Below are positions 11,624-22,490 of a DNA stretch of 36,498 nt, piece after piece (position 1 is the stretch's first letter; each line of letters opens with the position of its first letter). This DNA is from Sphaeroforma arctica JP610. Its lineage: Eukaryota. The stretch lies in contig NW_014040386.1 of the NCBI RefSeq assembly GCF_001186125.1, positions 51,661-88,158 of the forward strand, in the 5' to 3' direction. The notes under the pieces are model-generated. The model did not search any database. It had not been told where the DNA came from and saw only the letters and a program-made list of their open reading frames with translations. The position numbers and the translations under genes are program-made.

Positions 11624-12806
11624 TTACAGAAGGAGTGCAGAATTGAAGGTCGACAGGGTGGGCAATAGTATCTGCTTCGGCAGTAAGTAGTGCAGCCGCC
11701 CACGCTGGTGATCCCCTTCATACTTGAGCGTGAGCCGGTAGACCTCATTGATGTCGAGTTTATCAGTGTCCATAGCGAATATTGCTGAACGAAGTAATTG
11801 GTATTCATCGCTCAGGCTGTATAGCAATGCGCAGATCAAGTACTTGTCAGGGATGTGTTCACCAACATCGAGGAGACCTTGGCGGATTTCCTTCAACTGC
11901 TCCATACTCTTTTCGGTAGATCCAGTTGCCATAGATGATGTGAGGCGCTTCATTGCGTCACAGAAACGGCCGTGACTGCCGGTGTTGTTAGTAATGCATA
12001 TGTAATTAAAGAATTCAGATGGTCGTTTGACATAGTGATTCTTGTATACCGTGTTGACAAGTTCCTTTTTGATCGAATCGATCATTATGCGTCGGCAGCG
12101 CGCATCAACAAGTGCGTCGACGCCAAAGATTTCTTCGCAGTTGGGGTGTAGTCTATGGAGCCCTCCGAAGTAGGCAAGCTTCATTTTGATACCCATGAGC
12201 CAATTACCGAAGTTCTCCCAGTTTTCAAGCTTGGTGCGGTTGTAGTTGTCCTTATATTTAGGACAGTCAGAGAGTGGAACATCTGGGTCAATAGCAGAGA
12301 TACCATATCTCTCGGCATATGAAGATGGTTCATCATCTGTGGTAGTTGATGCTTTGAGCGCGCCTATAGTGTCGAGCGCTTCATGGTGGAGCGCGAAGAA
12401 GTTACCTGTAGGTTTCTCGCTTTGTTCGTAGAGACGTGATTGTGCTGTTGTGAGACGTTCTGATATTTGTTTGTGTTCGATCTGTAGTGTCTCGTGTTTT
12501 TCTAAGAGGACTTTGTGTTCGTTCCTTAGTTGCACGTTGTGGCGTTTGTAGTTATCTAGGTCAGCTTGCACATCTTTCTTCTATTTCTTGGCGTGGTATA
12601 GTTCACTACGGGCCATTGTGAGATGTGCAAGTACAATCGCTGTAGAGCCATAAGTTGTAGTTCGCGGATGACGTTGTTAATAGCTTCTAAATGGTTGTTT
12701 GCGGAATCGAGTGTCGTATATCAAGTATGCGAGGCCAAAAATCCCGAGCGAAGGTATTAGCTGCCTCTAGAGAAGTGAAAGCTTTAGGCCAATTTATTGT
12801 CTCCAT
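11624..12806 (-). pseudogene. gag: Copia gag with coiled-coil-like N-terminal extension
   Basis: ORF 11624-12571 has ENFGNW..IKMKL and LKEIRQGLLDVGEHIPDKYLICALLYSLSDEYQ. The upstream part is interrupted and the start near 12806 is inferred. Confidence 0.8.
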
Positions 12807-12995
12807 TGTGTTACGTGTGTGAGCTTTGTTTACGTGTGTGATCTTTGATTACGTGTGTCAGTTTAGCTGACTGTAGTGATCTGTGAGACGTGTGGGGGGG
12901 GGAGTAGTATCTGAGGGTCAGAGTTGTTTGGGGGGTGGGGTAGGGTGTAGTTGAGTGCTTGTTGTAGTTTTGACTTACTAACGTGTGGGTAAAAA

Positions 12996-13008
12996 CAGGC
13001 CCATAACC
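12996..13008 (-). promoter_or_regulatory. Copia primer-binding site of the half-tRNA-iMet type
   Basis: GGTTATGGGCCTG immediately follows the LTR ...TCTTACA, the type used by Drosophila copia and yeast Ty5. Confidence 0.85.
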
Positions 13009-13204
13009 TGTAAGACGAATATATCTTGATACGAAGTAACTTTATTTAACTCTCTTAGTGAGAGTCCTATAGGGCTCTACCGCTTAGGGCGGGAGCCTCT
13101 TTTGCTTTTAACATGGTGTCATTATATTGATGACACCGTTCAGTTCATGTACCGAACTATATATATTCTTGAGATAAATATCTGCTGGTTTGATATGGCT
13201 AACA
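13009..13204 (-). repeat. Copia 5' LTR
   Basis: TG...CA, 196 bp, direct repeat of 7992-8187. Confidence 0.93.
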
Positions 13205-13600
13205 TATGGAGACATGCGTAGATGAGGGTCAAACTCTCCGTATTAGATGATACATATCTCACGCAACAGCCAATATAGGAAATGTCTCAAAAAGTATGTC
13301 CACTATAATTTTTGAGCGACATTAAAATATCAATTTGTTTTGTTTTGTAAAACACTATTAGTTTGTTTGAATTCATACAGCCAAAAGCGGCCTGAGGAGG
13401 ATAACGAGGCTGGAATGTCTGATGCACTAGTTTAAGAGATATCCTACCACAAGATCATAAGCAGCTTGAAGACTGAGAGCCTCAAGAACATCTCCTGCAA
13501 ACTCAAAACGTTCTTTTCCTCAATAATGGCCGATAGCACACACCGATGAACGTAATACGCCCAAACAGCAAACAAAGCCAGTGGTACCCAAACCAATATC

Positions 13601-14214
13601 TGTAAACTTCGACGAATATTACTAAGTTCAAACCCATGTTCAATAGACTAGGGTACAATTCAAGTCAGTTTAAGCAGTGGTAGCTTGTGTAAAAATGGTC
13701 GGGACTGGTTCTTGGTAAAAGCCTTAATATCCTCGATCACACAGGACATACCTCTAGTTGTACTTTATTGAACAATTCTCACTAGAAGTACAAGTATTTA
13801 TGACCATACACATGACTAAGTTGTAGATAAACACAAAAACGTGAGTCACGTTAATACATTAGCTATCAGAAGTAAAGTTCCATCTGAATAGAAGATAAAA
13901 AAGAAAAATACATTGGATTTTATGATTTGCAGGAAAACCAAAATTTATAAGTACAGTAGCAGTTCAGAGATAATAAAATTTAGTTTATACCCTACATCTA
14001 CTAATGTCTCAGATAGGTCCAAGTAAATCAGCCATACCAAATACTCAGGCTATAAGAGCCATCAAAGTGAATTTAGAACACTTTGGAAATATTGAAACAG
14101 AACTTGTATTAAATTAATTATATACAAATAAATACCAATGTGTTATCTCATTTGATTAACCAATGTGTTATCTCATTTCAATATTGTAGACGGACTGGAA
14201 ACCGTAATTCTACA
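13601..14214 (-). mobile_element. Solo LTR, family D
   Basis: TGTAAAC...TTCTACA, homologous to 503-709. Flanks tatc/gatc fit a 4-bp TSD with one mismatch. Confidence 0.78.
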
Positions 14215-14510
14215 GATCTATCAATCCAACATTTCGGACTCTCAGAGATTACATAGTTCCTGTGGAATTAGGTTCAAACAACAAGAATCATATGTCCAAT
14301 GATACTAGAAACAATGGTCAGGCTACTGCTAATATCCAAACCTGTACCGATAGTAGTGATCCGACCCTTTTCCATTCAATAAACTATACAAAGGAACGGC
14401 CTCCACTGTCGATAGACATCTGACTAGATTATGGATCGAGAACAAACCAGGTATCCTATACAACTTCCTGTCAAACTACAACCGCGATACACCGGGGTTG
14501 AGAGGCTAAA

Positions 14511-15117
14511 GATCTCAGACCAGATTTTACATCAAGAAACCCTCATTAATTTATAGAAACTTTCGGAGTAAACTCGATCTCGAGAGCTAATCAAGATTTT
14601 AAACTCACTCTCGAAAGTTGTGTTATTTACGTAACCGACTCCCGAGAGTTAAATATTTTCCTCAACTGACTCAAATGTTGACTATGTTTGTTAACCGCAA
14701 CAATATAAAAATAGCTGCGTCCCTATGAGAGTCGCAGCTTATGAGGAAGAAATCATGTGATCAGCGGAAGATTAAGTCGCAGGGAAGTCAAACCAAAATA
14801 GTATCTATGCAGAAGGTTTCCCACACTCACAATAAGAAGTTTTTACCTGGCCAACCCAAGCGGCTGAACACGAGTACAAACACTTTAGGTATAAAATAAG
14901 AGACTACAGGTCTCAGGCCAGATTTTACAGCAAGAATTCCTCTTTGATTTATGGAAGCCATCAGAGTTAGCACACTCCCGAGAGCTATGTTATCAGAGAT
15001 AGCTCACTCCCGAGAGCTACCGAGAGCTAATCAAGTTGCTTAATTTACTACCAAAAGTTGAGTTGATACTTAACCGACTTCTGATAGCAGACTAAGTTTC
15101 TCAACCGATTCCCGAAA
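14511..15117 (+). repeat. Non-coding repeat of about 395 bp, 1.5 tandem copies with internal (aaccga)ctcccgagag sub-repeats
   Basis: tctcagaccagattttacatcaagaa at 14513 recurs as tctcaggccagattttacagcaagaa at about 14910. An inverted third copy lies at 15875-16275. Confidence 0.75.
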
Positions 15118-15815
15118 TGGCATGATACGACATCAAAGTTTTACTTCAAAATCAAACATTTACCAGGAATAAAGAATCATTGCCTGATATATTATTCAGG
15201 TTTAACCCCGACTTTAATAATTCGGTGCGAGAGCTTTAGACCACTGATTAGAAATGTAATCTACAGTTTGAGCTAGCCAAAGAAAATAGTAATTTTTTGG
15301 GGTCACATATCATAGATATGTTCGCTGGGCATCATAATGCACAGTTAAAAGACTTCAGGACGCCAAATCCTCCTCAAGGAGATGCTTTTCAAACAGATAT
15401 CTATAAACATAATGTGTGGGCAAACCCACAGTGGCAATTACTTGCCCAGCTACTAAATTACGTTCATATACTTTAAGATATCATAACGTTGTATTATCCA
15501 TTACGGAAATTGGATCCGTGGCACACTAAACTCATAAGTATGATACAATGTGAGCTTGTATATGTTCATAAAGAAGTAGATTTCTTCTTCTATTAGGGTA
15601 CTCGAGTAAATTAAAAAACTCCATGGAGACATAATGTCGTATTGGTCCTGCAGGTACTACCACATGCACACCCTCTGATATCTTGTTGATAGTATGTACT
15701 GTATAAGAGCGCACTAAATACCTCTACTACAAGCAGCACAGGGGTCTGAATACGCGAGTTGTGTATTCTCAACACCCTACCTTTGTTGTGGAAGAGCAGA
15801 TTATTAGTGTGCAAT
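15118..15815 (+). pseudogene. Degenerate RNase H end plus adenine methyltransferase domain of a family A-related element
   Basis: Reads HLPGIKNHLPDILFR, SHIIDMFAGHHNAQL, GDAFQTDIYKHNVWANPQWQLLAQLLNYVH and KTPWRH, with several stops. Confidence 0.88.
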
Positions 15816-15874
15816 GTAGTAGACTTTAAATAAAGTGCAAATGTATATATTTAATTATGACCTCTCCTTTGGTT

Positions 15875-16275
15875 TTCCGTTTGTGCTGGTGTACAGTCGC
15901 TTGGGCTGGCCAGGGTAAAACCCTATATGGCTAGTATGAGAAACCTTCTGCAGAACACTTTAACACTTCGCTGCTGTTCTATTTCGATTCCTCTGCAACT
16001 AAATTTTACGTTGATCACATGATGCCTTTCCACATAGATTGTGACTTACACAGGGACGCAGCTATTTTTAGAATGTTGTGGTTGACAAACTTAATCAACT
16101 TTCGGGAGTCGGTTGAGAAAATGAATCAGCTTTCGGGAGTCGGTTAAGTATTAACTCAACTCTCAGGAATAAGATAAGCAACTATATTAGCTCTTGGGAG
16201 TGAGCTAACTGATGATTTCTATAAAAGAAAGAGAGTTTCTTGCTGAAAAATCTGGTCAGAGACCTATAATCTCTC
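15875..16275 (-). repeat. Inverted copy of the 14511-14905 repeat
   Basis: The reverse complement contains aaaaatagctgcgtccct, atcatgtgatca, tgcagaaggtttc and cctggcca.cccaagcg in the same order as 14707-14866. Confidence 0.8.
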
Positions 16276-16289
16276 AGGAATGAGGGTAA

Positions 16290-16895
16290 TATCCTCTCCT
16301 GGCTCACGCAAAGCCATATGTTAAGCACCATAATGTAGTAGAGGCACTAAAAAATGCCAAGCGTAATGGAATAGCACATCCAAAGCTAGCAACATAGCGG
16401 ACAAAGTGTATCAGTCCCGTACACACTGTGATCTCCGCCAGATCAAGCGCTATGGGTTCGCACCGTTTAAGAGTATAACAAACAGTGTTATATGGCACAG
16501 CACACAGGCGACCGCTATGTATGCCATTTCTTTGACGTGGCGTCACAATTTAACTTGCTCTATCTTCTTTTAAAGGATAAGAGTATGCACCCCGCTGCCG
16601 AATTAGGTTGCTAAGTCTTTGCTGACCACGGGCGGCCAGGTTTGTTCTATATGTTCTGATAAGGGTAGCGAGTTTGTGACGTAATAGAATCACTAGTACT
16701 CGTATCGAACATTTGCCACAAGACAGGTGTCCAATATAAACTACAATCGCAAGGCGCAAATGAAACGCGCCATAGAAAGCTTAAGTTCTCGCGTATTGCA
16801 CCAGCGGACAATGCAGAAAATTGGTCTTACAATCTTAGATGGGTACAAACACAGATGAACGAATGTGCTGATCCTGTTACAGGAACAACACCCGC
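16290..16895 (+). pseudogene. Degenerate integrase fragment of the same family A-related element
   Basis: Colinear with 28095-28715: SHML.HHNVVEAL, YQS.THCDL.QI.RYGFAP, CHFFDVAS, SDKGSEF and QSQGANE. Confidence 0.85.
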
Positions 16896-17989
16896 TTGGA
16901 AAAAAAACATTTCAACATTGTTACTCGACCTAGATGGAGGTGAATTTTACCTCTACTATAAGCGGTGTTTGGTTGTTGGGAGTGAAGTATTCTCCATCTG
17001 AGGCTGCTTTGAACAATCCTATGAGCTTATCGCTAATTAATTGGTATATTCCGGGGATTTTGTTCCGTCAAGGTTGCACAATGTTTCCGTTGCCTTTTTT
17101 GCTGACAACTTTGTATCGTATACATGGCGCTGTCTTTTGTTCATTTTCTTGGTAACGGAGCATGATTAAATCACTTGCATTGAAGCTCAGATATTGCCTT
17201 TGGAACCTGCGGTCAAATACTGCACGAAATTGTTCTTGATATGTTGATATGTTGGTTGCACAGCAGTGGCATAAGATTTCTGTGTGCTCGTTCGTTTGCG
17301 CCTAAGACTTTAGGTTGGTATGGTCGAGAGATTAGGTGTTGTGTTGGCGTTTGTGTAATGATTTTTGACAGAATATAATTGACATATTCGGTCCCTTGGT
17401 CAGTTTGTGTAACCTGTTTACACATTATAGGCATCAGCGTTCTTGCTACTGTAGCTGCTGATTTGTCCATCATTGATCGGGGTATGATGTAGAACGAGTG
17501 TACTTCTAGGTTTTGCCTCTTTTTGACTCAAGCAGTGGTTATAAAATGACAACTTGTTTTTTTTCCCCTGGCAACGCGGCCGATTGATTGCAGGAGTTGG
17601 AATATCTTTTAGCGGATTTGTTCTTAAGACACGGTACGGTACACAACCCTTGATGTATCTTTGTACATGTTCCCGGATTTGTGTCTGGTTGTGTTCATCT
17701 ACTTTCAGCTTGCTTATTGTCTCCTCTTATGTGCATTGACCTATGTTATGGTATTGCTCTATGATATTGGCTTGTGCCTCATATGTAATCTCATTTGCGT
17801 CATTTCCATTGTTCACTGTTTGTGATGCTGAGTTGAGGCATGTATGGCTGATTGCTTTTGCCTAGTATCAAAGTGTGGAGATTTTGTGTCCTTTTATCTT
17901 GCTACCAGTGTGACGCCTCATGAAGTTTCCCATAAGCTTTTGTGCCCTCCTTGACAAGCGTGGTATTTGTGTTTCCAATAGCATCGGAC

Positions 17990-18284
17990 CTTCGTCTAAC
18001 AAGAACATGAATTCGAGGTACCACGTTGCATTCGGGTAGTTTGGTAGGCAATTAATGATGCTGGTCGACTCAAATACGATTTTGTCGAGGACATCAGATA
18101 TGAGTTCCCAAGATGAGTTCGCCCATGGGTTTTCTTCTTGCGCCCACTTTTGTGATAACGTATGTTGTTATTTGGTGTAGTATTTGTCCGTGTGTACATT
18201 GTGTGCCGATGCGAACAGATGTACTATGAACTTGCCAAATCTTCTTTCTGCTTCTTTGTAGAACCTGGGGTGTATTTTACAGTC
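17990..18284 (-). pseudogene. Adenine methyltransferase domain of family C (degenerate)
   Basis: Reads DCKIHPRFYKEAERRFGKFIVHLFASAHN...*QHTLSQKWAQEENPWANSSWELISDVLDKI...CLPNYPNATWY in one frame with one stop. Confidence 0.85.
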
Positions 18285-18562
18285 TATGGTTGATATAGTT
18301 ATTGGCTTGTTTTTCTTCAAGGTGGTGTACTTTTGGTTGTTGTGAGTCATTGTGGTTGTTTCTTTTAATACCTCTGAAGTTCTGGCATTAAGAGCGTCAT
18401 TATATATACGTGACAGTATATCTGCCATTTGGTTGTCCTCATCCGGCACATGCATTATTGAGAAGCGGTGGCGGAATGTTCTTTGCTACCTATTTAGCTA
18501 GCATTGGGTGTAACATAATTTGTGTAAGTGATTCATGATCCGTCCAAAGTGTTCTGTTCCAT

Positions 18563-18742
18563 TGTAGTAAAAGTCCCCTTAAACCACTATCAGTGTGGAG
18601 TTAGAATTAGTTTACAATTAATTCACACGAGGTGAATTATTTGTAGACCAAGTAGACAATCAAATATAAGAATAAATACACCGCACTGAGCCTCAGGAGG
18701 ACTCAGTAGGTTTTAGTATCGTATTTTGATGTGTTTACTACA
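18563..18742. mobile_element. 180-bp solo LTR (family E) inserted in the family C RNase H
   Basis: TGTAGTAAA...TTTACTACA 9-bp inverted ends with a perfect CCAT duplication (18559-18562, 18743-18746). Removing it rejoins the RNase H coding sequence. Confidence 0.85.
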
Positions 18743-20195
18743 CCATCCTTTAATGTAGTCCGAGAAGTGCTTCAGGCTGTAAACCAGCGCGAGTAGCTCC
18801 TTTGGTTTTAGCGGCATATCGCTATTTTGCTGTGTTCAAGTCTTAGAGAAGTACTAAATACCTCTTCTCAATCCGTCAATCACTTGGAATTAACATTTGC
18901 GTATGCCATAGTTACTGCCATCGTTCATAATCTGAAACGGCACCCTATTCGTTGGGTATGCCAGTGTCGCGGAGCATCCTATGGCCACTTTGAGTTCTTC
19001 TCACTTATTTTTAAGCTTCGGAGTTCATAATTTTGATATGTCTTAGTTCATTTTGACCTTCATCAAGTTGCGGAAGTGTATAGTGCTATGAGCAAAGTTG
19101 GGGACATGTCACGAAGGCTGTGGTAAGTCGATTGTTCGTTTTTGTTTCTCAGGGTCTACTTCGAGATCTTGTGTAGTGACTTTCACGCTAAGTATGTTCT
19201 TTGTTTAGATTACGAGGGCGCATTTCTGGTGATTGAGTCGGAGGTTTGCTTCGTTCAGTCTCTTGTTGAATTAACGTTTTGTCTTTCGATGTTCCTCTGC
19301 TGTGAGACTTGCAATTACTATGCCATCCACATACACCTATACTCCCTTTATGTCAATGAACAATGAACAGATTTGCCTGAACAGATTGGCCGTGACTCTT
19401 TGGAATTGTGCGGTGAGCGAGTGAAGTCTAAATGGCGCTGATTGAATGAATATTGTGGTCATCTCCATGATAATGTGAAAAGTGTCTGCTTGATTCATAT
19501 ACTAGAAAATTGTGGAACCCCCAAATGAGATCTAATTTCGAGAAGTATTGGGCTCTTGCAGGCTGTACAAAACATTTTGGTACGACCAATTTATCTTGCT
19601 CCTATTGGTGATTCATTTCTCTTGGGTCTAAGCATGTTCGAACTTTCTTGAGTAGACTTCTTTGGTCGTGTTGCCCTGTAGACAACAATGTCAAGTTCAA
19701 TGTTGTTGGCTGGGCAGTTTGTATATGTGGCTCCCTCTGAGCATTTTCGACCGTTGTGAAATGTACTTTGATATCATTTGCTGGTACTGTGACTTTGAGC
19801 TGGTAGATTGCAATGTATGTCTGGCGGTATGTTGAAATTGGTTTCTAATGACTCTGCGAGTGACTTACTAAATCTTCTTGTTTATGCTCTGAGGTTTCTT
19901 CATGTGGTATAAGTTATGATTCCCACTTTGCATCTGTTGGCCTTAATAGATTTATTAATACTGCGATATATATGCCTGTGTATGGGAGAATGTCAATACC
20001 TAGCAATATAGGTTATTTCTTGTTTGGTACGTACGGTACTTCGAAATACTATGAGCAGATGAGTCTGTCCGTTGGACTCTCACAACTGTTTGTGCTGGTT
20101 GTATGTAGCCAGGATGTGCTTTGACTGATAAATTTAGTTTTGCTATTATACTTTTGTCCATGCAGGAGCGTTGTGATCCCAAATCTACTAGCAGG

Positions 20196-21140
20196 GATCA
20201 ATATCGCCAGACATATGAAATCCCTGGTTGCAGCATCGTCTCTGGGTATCGCCTCTTTTCGCGCTTATGGCTTCCATGGCTTCAGCTGGCGACACACCCG
20301 CAACCGACTGGTGCTGTTCAAAACATTCATTCTATCCACGGCTACATATGGCCTGAACATTGTTGTCTGGGCTCCGCCTATATGGAAGGATGCGCTGGAC
20401 CCCCATAACTCAGCATTCATCCAAGCAGCAGCCATCATCACGGGCACTGAATACCCTAGGTTTCCCAAACATCAAACAAACTTACTCCACTTTTGTGGCC
20501 TGCTCTCCGCGAGACCATTCGCGGACTACCTCGGAGGTTGCCTTGGAATAGAACTCGACTAAATGGCCAGCACAAACCCACTCAACCCTCTGACGCCACC
20601 CGCCTAGGCCTACGACTAACAATCACCGCGCTTCCCGTACAGTATTTATGCCCACCTGAAAACTGCACACAAAATCACGGGCGGGCGTACACCCGACCAT
20701 GTAGCCCTCCGCCAGCGCTATGACGACTTAGGAAGAACTCAACAAAAACAAGGAGATCGCGGCAATGGCCCGCCGCCAATACCACTACCACTACCAACTG
20801 GTTATGGGTAAACCGCCAACCTCAAATGGGGACAAAGCCAGACACGACAGCTTCAACAATGGCTTCGAGCCTACACCAATCCGGCGCTGTGCTATGATTG
20901 TAACGAATACGTACATGTTCACATTGCTCGGCTACCGAACCGACGGCTGTCTCTGCCCTGTCGGGCCGGGTGGCCACAAATTCACCTCCAGCCACTTTAC
21001 CTGCATCCAACAATTGATCCGACGCATCCTGGTAGGCCCGAAACTGCCACCCATTGGCCTTGACCTCCTCCAGCAATTGCAGGAGCGCCACGACTTCCAG
21101 TCCACGAAACCTGGGATCCTTTCTTCCAGGCCAATGATAC
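20196..21140 (+). pseudogene. C-terminal (post-RT) portion of a non-LTR retrotransposon ORF2
   Basis: RLVLFKTFILSTATYGLNIVVW resembles the post-RT LINE motif. CLCPVGPGGHKFTSSHFTC is a Cys/His knuckle. Confidence 0.65.
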
Positions 21141-21149
21141 GCATGTTCT

Positions 21150-21612
21150 GTACCAGTTGAGCCGCCAGCATAGAGGTAGTCCAAGTGCCACGTATTTACA
21201 CAGGGTCTTCTCAATCGTTTTCATACATAGTCCGTGATTTGTAGATGCGTGGCCATACTTCCGGGCTTTGAAGTTGAAATCTCCCCACACGACATCTGGT
21301 TGGAAATTGCCAATCTCGGGGGGGTTTATGCATCGCCTGACGTCTTCTTCAGTAAGTGATTTGAGTGGAAGGTAGAACACGGCCATATGACCGCCAAAGC
21401 ACATAAAGGACATCGCGTACGGTGAAGAGTGTACAAGTTGAAAATTCGATGGGTGGTGTTTGGAAAAGATGCCAATACCACAGTGTGAAGGGTGCAAGAT
21501 ATTATGCCGTGTAGTGTGATTTAGAATATGGTAGTGTGTGTTCGAGCGTATATGATTAAGAAATGTGGTGTTATGCCAGGTTTCAACCACACACATAACA
21601 TCAACCTGACTT
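21150..21612 (-). pseudogene. APE-type endonuclease of a LINE ORF2, 3' part (split by element A)
   Basis: Reads VDVMCVVETWH, GIGIFSK, VFYLP and VVWGDFN. Confidence 0.88.
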
Positions 21613-22364
21613 TGTAATAGCCGGGCCTCCACATTAGACTCTATGTTATAAACGTACTCTTAAGCAGTACGAAAATTATAAACGTACTCTTAATAGTACG
21701 AGGAACTCAATTTTCCTAAATGGGTTTTAATGGTTTTATTAATTAATACCTTTTCCATTTTACATATCAGATATTTGGCCGAGGCCATTAAAAGGCCTTA
21801 GTAAAATACCAAACATAAGAGTTGGTCTAGTTCTATTAATAGAACTATATTTACTTTCCAACCTTATTTATAACTGAATACTTCGGTAGCGAGATGGCTC
21901 AACCGAATATAGGTTTCTAGGGACTATTAACGTTACCTAGTTGATCCTCCGATCAGCCAACCAGATGTGCCAGTCTGATGAAGGCTAAGTGGGTAATTCT
22001 TGATGAGTGGCAAGTTATTGGCTAAGACAATAACTAAGGACATCAAGAGTATTTTTTTCTTTTCTTTTTAAAGATAGGATTTTATGAGTCTCTCAGATTC
22101 GCCCCAATGAAACATACCATAGTTTCTAATAGAGCGACAACGAAACACTAAATAAAATCCCTTCGGCGGAAACAGTACTGAGAGGATTATATATAGGCAA
22201 TGTCTCAGCCTCACAATCCCTCAGAGTATTGCTGTTTTCACGAGGCATACCTAACTTTACTAAAAGTCTCATTTCGTTTATTTACTTTGAATTTTTCACG
22301 ATACTTAGAATTTACCTACGCGTTTATTTACTCTAAGGCGTTAATATCGTCTTCGAATCTTACA
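21613..22364 (+). repeat. 5' LTR, family A
   Basis: TGTAATAGCC...GAATCTTACA with a TATA-like TATATATA near 22188. Direct repeat of 29616-30345. Confidence 0.92.
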
Positions 22365-22490
22365 CATTTTAAAGTTAGCAAAGGTGTTAATTACTTTGAC
22401 TACTTAAGCGTAAGGTAGATTTACTACCACACAATTTTTCTTGTCTAAGCTAGTCCTTAAGAGATCAGCTAGCAGTCATAAGTTAAGATT

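Larger units (their letters stand above)
7992..13204 (-). mobile_element. Ty1/Copia LTR retrotransposon, internally deleted (no protease or RT seen), carrying a nested family A fragment
   Basis: Two 196-bp LTRs, PBS GGTTATGGGCC, purine tract CAGGGGAG, and the order gag-integrase-[RT missing]-RNase H with Copia-type motifs. Confidence 0.93.
16930..20195 (-). mobile_element. Heavily decayed Gypsy-type element, family C (PR ... RH-MT-IN)
   Basis: Protease LLVDLGSQRSC (about 20160-20195), RNase H LKHFSDYIKG..TLWTDHESL and HVPDEDNQMADILSR, MT 17990-18284, HVQRYIKGCVP, and integrase QTDQGTEYVN...GANERAHR. The RT core was not recognised and may be deleted. Confidence 0.8.

Noticed and set aside
7987..13209. 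Target-site duplication of the Copia element
   Set aside because: The flanks gtggg and tatgg do not match and the outer end of the 3' LTR is degraded.
13205..14510. Coding-like sequence on both sides of the family D solo LTR
   Set aside because: It is probably another decayed element, but no motif could be recognised, so it is left uncalled.
20997..21632. ORF start MEARLLQS as the real endonuclease N-terminus
   Set aside because: Those codons come from the inserted LTR. The true start is at 30447, beyond element A.
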